From NCBI GenBank assembly GCA_051362555.1, contig CM120640.1, forward strand, positions 44,246,788-44,310,787: a stretch of 64,000 nucleotides of DNA. The letters run 5' to 3'. Origin of the DNA: Lingula anatina (taxonomy: Eukaryota > Animalia > Brachiopoda). This document shows positions 22,501 to 34,500 of this stretch, piece after piece. Position 1 is the stretch's first letter; every line of letters begins with the position of its first letter. The notes under the pieces were generated by a model. That model was not told where the DNA came from. It worked only from the letters and a program-made list of their open reading frames with translations, and made no database searches. The position numbers and the translations under genes are program-made.

Positions 22501-25500
22501 TATGTAATGTGCAGGATCATTTTTGTTTCTTCATTTCTATAATTAACGCTTCACCACGTATTCTTAATTAAGGTTGGTATATTTGTAATGAGACAGCTGT
22601 TTTTCTCCACACCCCTTATCCCCACCAAGCACTCCCTTCTTTGTCACAAAGAACCCAAAGAATATCCCCCTCTAGAGCCCTCCATCCAGAAAACATGGAA
22701 TATCGTCCTTTTCATTTTCCTCACCACTTGTCCCGGCGGTCCTACTAAACCCTGTGGACCGCGCTTTCCTTCCTCTCCTTGCTCTCCCTACGAAAAAGAA
22801 ATTAATAATATTACATAACTTTACCGCTTCAGATATAGTTTAACAAGCAGGCAGAAGAAACATGTGATGGGAAATACGATGTGAATTTTGGTATCTAAAG
22901 ATTAGGATAAAATTTCACTAGAATTTGAACGGCAATTAGAAGAAATTTAACATTCATCTACATTGATTTCTAATTAAATGTTCAATCAATGTTTCAGAGA
23001 AGACCAAAGTGCTTTAGATAATTAAACCCTAAACGTGTTTTGGTTCGTACTTTTAACAATAAAAACCAACCGACTTTGCCAATTTAAAATAATTCAAGTT
23101 TGACAAGTCATTGGATCAACCGATTCCTTACAATATACATAATCGATTAAAGCCTCTAATGAAATCCTATATACCTACCTTCATCCCAGGGGCCCCAGGA
23201 TCACCGTCAGCACCGCGCAATCCAGGCTCGCCCTAAAACGTGATATAAGTTAATGTTCAAAGCGACATGGTTCCCATTTAGACCATAAACATGTAACTAC
23301 GAATGCACACATGTGAAATATTTGTTATTTCGTGGCCGTAAGGTCTTTTCACAATGTCAGTAACACTGTGTTATTAGTTTTTGTTTATATGCGACACCAT
23401 ATGACCGTAATAACTACGTTCATTTTTACTTTTAATATGTTGAACAAAGCGAGCGTGAGTGAAAGGCGACTTCCCCGTTGAGCCAAGCAAATTGACTAAA
23501 CAAAAATTACCTAATCAAACAGTTTCAAAAAGGCAGACTAATCTGGACGCTAATGCAATATTCATTAACATGTGGTTTCCAGCTACAAAAATGACCTCGC
23601 TTGCTTTGCGGAGACGAAAAACGCGTACAGACTTCAAAAACATTCTGGTTTGCCAACTCCACACGATAGCTAAACCTTTTCTGCGCTCTTTCGACGACTG
23701 ATTAATAACACGATAAACACAATTTATGCAGTTTGACAAGCATATCTTTCGCTATCATGAACACAACGTCTTTAATTATTTGAAATTATCAATACATCAA
23801 ATAACGTGTATTTGTCTGCCTTAGCTTGGTAAAGTTGTATGAAAGAAGTTTCTCTCACCCTCTCGCCGGGTCTTCCTGGAGGGCCCTCTGGTCCCGCGAC
23901 ACCCGGCGCTCCCTGGAATGATCAAATTAATCAAATCATACACCACAGATTCCTTGCACACATTTAGAAAACGCACATTTATAAGACGGATTCGGATGTG
24001 TGAGATCTTAATTTTCCTCCCAGTGCTTGGTTGGGGGCTGGAGAAAGTATCGATGGTGGGATAATAAGGGAAAGGCATATCACTTTCAAAATACTACAAA
24101 AGATAAAATGCTGATAATGCAAGCTGAGGATCTACCAAACAATTGGAAAATCGCTAGTTCAATGCGAAATCCCACCCGTAAGTGGTGTCAAACAGCGGTA
24201 AGAATGTGAAAGAACAGGTTCAAACCCTCTGAAACCAAGGCCATCACATCAAGGCCAAGACAAGAGCAATGTGAGACACGCCTTGTCCATTCCGATGTCC
24301 AAACTGTGATGTGAGATGCATATTTGCATGACGTTAATTTATCGCACACCTGTTGCTCTGCTTTTTTCTCTTCAATCGCCCATGCTGAACTGTTTACCCT
24401 GTACTACAGATGTATTTTCCTCAACCACCCCTAAAAAATTGTCAATACTGTTCTAAAAAAAGTTATACTGAGTACGACAGCCCTGAACTCCTTATATAAT
24501 AATTTGACAAGAAACGCTTTTTCGTAAATATTTCTTAAAGGAAAACAAACTCGAGCAAAAGGAATTATAATAGCCAGTCGCCTTTTCCCTCAAAACGTGA
24601 TACAAATTACAATACAATTATCTGTAGTGTCAGCAACAGGTGTTCTTCTCATTTGGTTTGACACGTGTCTGTGCAGCTAACGACATGACCAAGAGTTGTG
24701 CATTTCTGTCCTTGTATGTGCATGTAATGCTGCCGGTCACGCCATGTAACGTGTCTTTAATAAGTGCAGGTGGAGCGTACCTGTGCTCTTATACCACTGA
24801 ACACGGCGAGTAATCAAGTCTTTACTGGAGCAAATGTTGGTTTAGTTATACTAAGCTGGGTTTAAATTTGTTTTAAATCAAACTCCAAAATATTGGTTTA
24901 CAAACTGGTTCACTGTATGGGCGTATGTATGTGGTTTTGCAAATATGAGGAAATATTACGGATGATCAGATCTGACTTTTGATTCTCTTTTTCTCTGATT
25001 TCAGGGACTTTCGATATTTATCGCTTTTAGGGGTAAATTTTACAGTGCCTTGCGCTCAGACAAAGGTTACATTTCTGTCTGCTCCATATGACAGTTGCGT
25101 CTGTTCTACCTTGTTTTTATAAATTAACCAATTTGATACTACGCCGTTGTAATTTCGCTGCCAAATTAAATTAATCACTTGATTAAGAATTGCACTACTC
25201 CATTTTTACATTCAAATCGACTTGAATTCTCCTGTTACGTTTTACCAAAACTAACTAAATGGGGAAGTGTATGGAGCGACTGCTGCTCCTACAATTTGTT
25301 CAGTTTACAAAATGAGTATAAACTTTGACCGATTTTATATAAAATTAAAACTATCCAGAAAAATATAGTAAAATTATGTCCCTGTAGTGTACTTACCCTT
25401 GTTCCGGGTATACCTGGCTCTCCTCTTGGACCTTGCTCTCCAGGTTTACCCTATAAGAAACGTTTTAAATATAATTTAACATAACAAAGACTACGGGTTA

Positions 25501-28500
25501 GGTAAATATAATATTATTTGCTGCACACGTTCGGTTTTTTATTTAAGAGTGGGTTGAAAAGTTGAGCCGTGCATTAACAATAAAAATCAAACGTGTTTGG
25601 GGAACATTATTAGATTGGCCATTCATTCTTTTTTGTATCGTTAGCCAAGACAAATAGCCAAAAATACGGGAGTTCCTGTAGTATCCAAGACAAACAAATA
25701 CATTCCAAGTTAACTAATTTAAAAGACGGGACCAAATCCAATCACTTCCAAGAGGGAGATTCAAAGAAACCGATGTTGTTCCTAATTTAATTTGACCTTT
25801 TTTTGTCTGGGGAAATCGTCGGAACAGACTCCCTATCGCCAGACCAGTGGCAGGGCGGGAATGCCTCTCATTATCCTGTTCCGCTTTGCAGGTACATTTC
25901 TCCGGGCGATCACTTTTCATTACGTTTGCGGGATAGAATTGGAAGCTTGGGAAATGTGTCCGTCATGATTTCAACCCCTACACATGCTATACGTTTTCTT
26001 TCACTTGAATGAAAAATATTTCAAGGAAGACTGTAAAGTCTGCTTTAAAAATATCTGAAGTCAATATATTTTTTTCTTTTTTCATTCTTATTGAATGTTA
26101 GTTCTGAATATATTTGTTTAAGATAAACTTCGAAATCGGTCGCAATTACGTGTTTTGTAAATGACTTTCCAATTTTTATCATGAGGGTTTGGAATCGAAA
26201 CTGAATGCGTACCCTAAATGTTGTGATTTTAATTTTCGCAATCTCCAATATCATCTAAAAGTAAATGACAGGCCGACAAATAGGCCGTTTTGTTAAGTCC
26301 CACTGCCAATTGCAGTCGTAGATGTTCTCATTAGCCAATTCCCGACTGGAAAACTTTTCACTGACTCAGTACATGCTACAGAGACATACAAAGGTCACTG
26401 TATACAATACAAAGAGAATTTGCCCTACGATCTCATTCTGTTCTCTTTAACGTTAGTTCTGGTATGGATGGGTCTGGACAAGAACTCGTGTGGGGTTGGT
26501 CTGAAGCATCAATATTTCTATATGTATCTTAAAACTAAATCTTGAATCATTTGTACACAAACGACGACAAAGAAAGAAAGCGTGTTAATAAATAAAAAAT
26601 ACCTACATGTATAGATCGAATCTTACAGTGTTGCTACATGTCAATTAGCCCACAGCATGACGTGGAAATCGAGGCAAAAATAATTTTACAGTTACAGTTT
26701 AGGACAAATAGAAAGACTCGTAAAGAGTAGTAAAATACCACAGTGCTACACAATAAAGATAACTACAACGGAAATATAAACTCACGTCCTTGCCCGGTAG
26801 TCCGGGTTCTCCCACAAACCCTTGCTCTCCAGGTTGACCCTGCTCTCCCCTCTCTCCGGGCGGTCCCTGAAATCCCCGGGGTCCTGGTTCTCCCTGAATG
26901 ACAACAAACATCAAACATATCAAAACGCTAGTCTGCATACTGGGAGGTTCGTCGACGCTCTCTTGAGACTAGTGTGACGATCTCTTCTAAGCTCCCGTGG
27001 AACAGCCCCTGATTTCCACCCTCTTTAACAATCGCCACGCCCGTCTTGCCGCTGTCCGACCAGATCAGACCTAGGCACAGTGCGCTCCTTGGCTCTGCAG
27101 TGATTGATCTAATTCCACAAGCGACTCGTGCAAGTATGTGCTTCCAGGTTGTTACGAAGGTAACAAATGAGGTGTTCAAATTCGAGTTAAGTGCGGTTGT
27201 TGCACTGTCCCATCAGGGATCCAATAAAAGGTGGTCAGGACTTTGTATTGGCTAATGCAGTCGACGGGTTGGTTTTTTAAATCTGTTGTGATATAAGCGG
27301 ATCATTTAGGCAAGGTTAAAAGGGTTTTAGTGCGATGCTTGTTAAATAACCTTTTCCACACAGCAGTGACCCATCTTTGATGCGGTTCATTTCCGAGTGG
27401 CTCAATTTTCATCTGGACAGTGGTTTAAGTAGATCGTATTTATAATTTTTTTCTAATTGGACTAGGGGGTTAATAACCGTCAGACAGGTTATAAAGAAGG
27501 CGGAGCCTGTAAAGCCCCCCGCACCAATAACTGTAGTATATAAAACATGATTCTGCTGGCCTCAGAGTGTCTTTTCTAACACCTTTTTGGGCAGGTGGAG
27601 GTGGGTGTGCTGAATCTGCACATTTATTTTGGAAAAAACAACCCCCGTAGATACGTCTTACGTTAACTGCTATTATCTGGGTTTGTGCAGACGAAGACTG
27701 ATTTGAACAGAAACTAAGGGGAACACCCGGGTTTTCACACAAATATACTTATTTACAGGGCATTGTCATATAAATATTATAAACAACGATTCGGCTAAAA
27801 TTAAGAAACCCATTCCTTTCGGGGAATGGGTATTGAAAACATCACCACTTAACTTATACAAAGGGAATTTGGACCTAAAAGAAAAATGTGCTAACGATTA
27901 AAGACTAACATTTATGTGATTAACCTACATATTTTATCCACAGGGAAAATATACAACATATAATTTTTTCACAATGAAATAAAGAAAAGGCATCAGCTTT
28001 CTGTCACTTAAGTATCTAAGTCTTAACAATGACTTTCCTCTAATACGCTAAAATGTCACGATTAAGCGGTGACGAGAAGCATGTGCCTTGTAGAGATGTG
28101 TCACCATCGGCACATTGACATTCGAAGTGATTTTGTGTTTTGTTTTGTGCGGTGACATGTACCTGTGATCCGTTATAGCCCGGTGGACCTGCTGGGCACA
28201 CAACCTCGCACTGTCCGCTAGGCGTCGGCTTCTCCTGAGGCTCTCTCCCTTCACCCGTGGGTGGGGTGGATTCTCCCTGTGAATAGTAAGCACGAGCGTT
28301 AATTTGGGAATACTGTGGATTGATCTGTCTGTATGTTTCTAAATTTAAACTTGAATTCACAGTCAATTAGTTGTTTGGGTTTCAAAATTCTACACATTTC
28401 AATATTTCAAATTACAACAATTACAACGAGTAAATAGCATTCCATCACGTGAGATATTTAAAATATCAATTTAACTTAAAATAGGTAAATTCGACTTTCG

Positions 28501-31500
28501 GGTCGTTAAAGAAAAACTATCAACAAATTTGATGAAAAACGTTCAAGCTGTAGGCTAAAATGGAACAAGGAATAGATAGACATAGTGCTATGTATTGAGA
28601 GTATGGAACAAAACCCGCGCCTGTGCTGCAGAAACATGCGCATTACCTCAAACTCTTGAAAGAGAGACGCGTGCGTTGACGTAATTCTACTACTAATATA
28701 GTCATCTCCAGGCCCAGGGTCTCCATTTGGACCCCCAGGACCGCCTGGGCCTCCCTCAGAGTAACCACCAATAAGTGTGCCACGGTCCGGAACTCCTTCT
28801 CCATTTGGACCCCCGGGACCGCCATCGGTGCCCCGGCCTCCTTCAGTGTCACCGCCGGTAAGTGTTCCACGGTCCGGAATTCCTTCTCCGTTTGGACCCC
28901 CGGGACCGTCATCAGTGCCCGGGCCTCCCTCAGTGTCACCGCCGGTAAGTGTACCACGGGTTGGGCCACCTTCTCCATTTGGCCCCTCTGGCCTACCATT
29001 TTGTCCATCTTCGGGACCAGTTTCCTCGCCATTTATGCCATCTCCATCATCTTTGTGGCCATCGCCATCGCCATCGCCATCACCGTCACCAACACCATCT
29101 CCATCTCCGTCCCCATTCGGGCCACCATCACCATTGGAATCACCGTCCTCGCCATCAGTATCATTCTTATCCGTCATTGACATCGTGATTTTAATCTCTG
29201 TCATCCAGTCTGTGACATTAAAAGGGTCAGTGACGTCATAGTCGATGTAATCTGGCGTGACGTATTGTCCCGTGGTGGCACTGGGATCGGGGAACTCTGA
29301 CGACAAACCTTCCACATCAGTTTCATTGACGGTACTAACTGGCTCCGTGGCATTGACTTTTGGGACCGGTGTCGTTGTGTTTGGCGCGGGGGTGGTTGGC
29401 CGCTACATGCGGGAGACAAGGAGAATGCAGGAAGATATATAAGGACAGCAATTGCGATTGCTGGCCGACAGAGGCCGAGCTGGAACCTACCGAGCAATGC
29501 CTGCTGTTGCACGCGGCGCTTTTCCCGCGCAAGGGTGCTACTAACTGGCTCAGGCGAGTGCAGAGAGAAATGTGGCAATCCATCTGCAGCATGCTGACTA
29601 ACTCCTCACATTATTATATACCCTACTGATTCAGTTTTAATGTTTATTGATAATATAAAATAAGATAATATTAAAGAGGTCCGTTTTGATTCAAGGAAAC
29701 AAATTACTGCGTTATCAAAAATTCACCAAACAGAACATTTTAGCATTCTAACCAACTGTAAAGCGGTAGGGCATAGTGATGTGAGGGATTGCATCAATGG
29801 TAACGAATAGCCATTTTCTCCTTTAAAAGTCATGCATCATCCGCCAGGTAATGATACATTATCAACTGAGTAATTGCACCAAACACATCAGCTAGCGCGG
29901 ACCACATAGACCATTTTGGGTCTCTAACTTGCCGAAAAGTCCGTCGTGCTGTTTAATGCTGGTGTAATGACACAGTTGACCATTTATATATGTGCATATT
30001 GCTTTGCTCGTGGGTTCAGTGCAGTACATAAAAAGACACAAGAAAGAAAGAAAGATGAAAAAAGAAACGTTATTGATACACACACCATAAGAACAAGTAC
30101 CGATGTTACTAAGAGATTTTTGCTACACCACTAAACATACATGTAAGTGCAAACTTTCCCAACAACCATTTACTATCTACATATGATCCATATTATGTCT
30201 AAATGTATATACAATAAAAGGACACGTGCACCCATACTATATTTACAGAAAGAAAGAGTGTATAATGTAAGTATATATATTATGTTACTGCTGGCTTAGA
30301 CGCGCGAGAGTAAAACAAACTGGAATCGCTACTACCGCACTTTACCTGGAGTTCAGTGCACTGATCTCGCATCGGCGCAGTGTGATCACAGTGTACGACC
30401 ATCCATTGGAGATCAAACTGAAACGGCATGTAGGAAAAGATTATTAAAAAGCGTTCAGTTACCTTACACAGTATATCTTAATATGACATCTGTGATGCAT
30501 TTAGAGCATCACTGAACTGACTATGATAAATTTCACCGAAACGCTTCAGACATGTCTGTGCATCTTGTTGCCTAATGAATTTAAAGTAATATATGCTTGT
30601 TTTCATAACAGAGTAGAAACGATAATACCACTGGGATTTAGCATCAGTGACACAAAACAACCTTTACTTAACTGATTGATCTTTCCGATGCCCGTGAAAT
30701 GAGTTGGTAATATATAAATCAGCGAAAGGTTTCTTTACTTTTCCTGGACTAACTCAGCATCCGATTCTTATTGACATGTACTTACGTATGCTTTTAAACC
30801 TGTATTATTAACCATAACATTACCGATAAGCGTGCTTCCAAACCACTCACGTTTAACTGAGCACCGTCTTCCTCTCTCTTCCCCATAACTATATGGCCGT
30901 TTACGTCAATCTGTCCCCGAGGTTCTAGAGGCAGCTCTTCCATTGGTTGGCAGTCAACATACAGCCTAACTGTCCCCCTGGTAACGCTCATATGAATTTT
31001 ATGCCAACGCTTGTCAAAAATCTAAAATACACACCACGAAAGTTTGTTTGTTTTCGAGCACAAGGTTTTGAAACACAGTATCCTACAATGCGTTGGGTAT
31101 GAGTCAAGTGAAAAGGACAACGCGACGAGATCGATTCATTGAGTTTTTTTACTCCGCTGATGCCAGTATGCATCATTATAGCGTAACAATATATTGCGAT
31201 ATGATATACATGTAAACGCATCACACTTACCTTAGCTGCGGTTTTAAATACTAAAGTTTGTACAGATCCAGCATAATCGAGAGTGTAAAATTCTATAGTT
31301 TTGTCTCGTCCATTAATTCTAACACCAAATTGTGGGTTGGAATAAAGGTCTTCAACACGTATAAGATTCCAGTTTTCTTTCCTTGTCCTAGAACTCATCC
31401 GAATTGTACTTATGAAGGAAAACTGCTCGGGCAGTCCATGTGGAAACAATGCCCTACAATGTCAAATAGGTTTGGTTACACGCACACAAAGCATATTAAA

Positions 31501-34500
31501 CAGTAGGCACGTGGTTAAAAGGGAAAGACCTCGCTGGACGACATTTGTGACTCTGTTCGTCCGACCGTTTAAGTCAAATTAGTTCCTTCTATCTTTCTTT
31601 CTTTCAGGCAATATTAATCGATAAGCAAATCTATAACTACACTCTACTGAAGCGACTGGTCACTTCAACTAATAAACTGAAAGAATCCAAGATTTGAGGC
31701 AGGTTATTTGTGCTTTCTATATAAATATTGTATTCTATCTAAAATAAATTGTCTTTCACCTTTTGCCAACAAATCGGGGATAACTTTTCATAGTCTTACA
31801 TGCAGATATAATTAATAATGACATTAACGAGGAAATATTAAATCTGCTTGGTAGGAATATTAATTACAATAGGTACAAATAGTGACTGATTCAACAAAAA
31901 AGCACACGTTTCAGAATGAATAGCTTAAATGGCAATTAAAGCAGCATGTCCCACGGGAAGGACGCTCGCAGCATATTGCGACAGTGGTACGACATTAAGG
32001 TACCACGTGCGGCACGCTCTGTCGCAGTGAAGATGAAGAGGCGCTCGATACACATTCAAAAGAGCGCAGCCACTTTTCAAAATGCTGAGCGCCAAAGTAA
32101 TGCACATACGCAATAAAGCATCAGGTGACAGAATAAAGACAGAAGAGGTGCCGATAGCCAACCACACGTGCAAATAAGAGAAAGCGGGTCTTTTTCCACA
32201 TAGTGACCTCATTTCCGATATTTTTTTAAATAATAATTGCATGAAAAAGTGATATACAACATATCGCCAAATGAAGCCACTGCGCAGAGGTTAAAGTCGC
32301 CGCTGACTTTTCCTCCGATTTGCGATGTTCTTTCACGCGCAGGGAAGTAGCAGTGCGCAAACAGCAAGGTAAAGTTTGTAAGGAGAAATATACGTGGTCA
32401 GAGTGGCAGAGACGGTGGTCGAGATAAACCCTGTGGTGTGTCAGTAATCAATCTCACGAAATGCCCAATATTTTTTCTGTTTCTCCAACTTGTTAGTTGC
32501 CGACGAAAGGCGAAAGTGCTTGTAAGGTCAGGGTGCAAGCGCTATTGTAAATACACCCTGGAAAAATCCACTCCAATGACCTCGCTAAAATGCAACGCAA
32601 GACCAATAGGGTGGATTAATCGAAGATGTGATTGGCGTGAACGCCCATCATATTGTTAAGTAGAACGCATGTTTTTTTCCACGTTTCGGACATGAGATCT
32701 AGGGCAAGGCCAAAAAAGAATCCTACATATTGTAGAAAGGGTAGCAGAAGTCGGCCCATTCACTGTTCATTAAGCATTCAGTGTATGTCAAAAAATACAA
32801 ACCAACCCCTGGTACTCTTCCTAAAAATAGCGAATTGTAATAGTTCTTGGTCTGGCCTGGCTATGTGGCAATTAGGGCGACCTTAAGAAATAGGATGCCT
32901 TGTTCCCTAGACTTAGGGCAGGAACTTAACTAAATGCTCCGGCTTAAACTGCAGGAAGTGCCCTTCTTCCAGCCGATACACAGACAAAAAGGATAAACCC
33001 CCGCAAAGGATTCGAGATATAAACATTTTGATACACTTGCAAAATGGTATTTATGGTGTAACTTTCCATGACTCCAGTCAGTCGTCTTTCGCCCGATACT
33101 CGCCGTCACATTCAATATATTTTTCCATTGCTCTGTAACTGCCACTTGCGAAAAAATGTGTTGATGACCATGTGGTAACTTAAGATATTGTTATAACTGT
33201 CGCCCAGGTGATGACTGAATTAAATTACAATGTTCCCAAGCTACTTTCTAAATTTAATGGAACGTTTTGGCCCTGACAAGGAATTCAGGAAATACTGATG
33301 AAAATTAAAAGTAAATAGGACGTTTTGCTGCTTTGCTATATATGTTCTGGTCTGCAATAAATTTCTAAAGGTTGGACTCTTATTGACAGTGACACGGGGT
33401 GATTCAAAGAACTGGGAACAAACAATACCGCGAGACTGGAGAGGTCTTTTGATTCATATACTCACTAGGGAAGCCATTCCAACATTCACCCTCACTGTAA
33501 ACTGCAATCCTTCACCTTCGCTTGGCTTTGCATGGTATAATGCGAGCTAACCGTGGCGGCAGCGAACACAGTACGCACTGCGCAGCGGCGGGCATCAAAG
33601 GAACGCAAAGTGAACGACAGCAAAATAATAAAAAAAAGAAGTGCACTTTCCGCAAATTCATAATAACCATTTCAAAGAGAGCTCAGTAAATGGGCGCTGA
33701 AAGATGACTGGAACAGATATACTTACGATGTAGGAATGCTAAAATCGGCCTTTCTACCTATCCTGTAAGCTTTCTGGAATTCATTGGAACCGCGTATTGT
33801 TTTTACTCCTGGTAATCTGGCCGCACTGTCTAAACCGTATGTTGAAATAAAATCGAAGGCTGGAAATATGAATATGATATGTTTTATATGTACGTACAAT
33901 AACACATAATTCAATAGTTAAAATTGTTAAGTCTGGTGATTAGGATGTTAACTGAGAAGATTTTGTTAAATTGTGAGCAACAGGCAATCGATTCTAGTGC
34001 TTATATTGCAAGGTGGTTATTTCTTTTGGGTGTTTTAAAAACGATAATGTGTTTTAAAACGTGAAATTGTTCATAAATGACTTTTCAAACTGAACTGCGC
34101 TGTAGATTTATCTCTTGGCAAAAAAAATCGTTAAACATTCTCCTTTATATGGTACCCTTCCACCACATTGTATGTTCAGACTTGCTGCAAATTGCAGAAA
34201 TATTTGCAAAGACTGGGCCTCGATTATGTTGCATGACTACCGTAAAAACCTTTATTTGTTGGCTGTTATTTGAACGTCTGAGACCCGACCCCCGGGACCT
34301 TAAATCATGCCCTCTTCGTTAATTAGTTTAACACTAATGTAAAAGAATGATCCACGTTGTAACAGCAAACCAAGATCAAGTCACGAAGATCTCACAAAAT
34401 GTCACCAATTAATGGCGAATTACCACAGGCTGACTTCGCGTGAAATCGGAGAGATTGCTTAAGATTACTTCTGTGAATCTCGGCGTGATGTAATCGCTAC

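Noticed and set aside
28643-29241. Overlapping ORFs (Pro/Ser-rich 28777-29241+, His-rich 28949-29188+, 28643-29032-)
   Set aside because: Alternative-frame and antisense shadows of the low-complexity GD exon.
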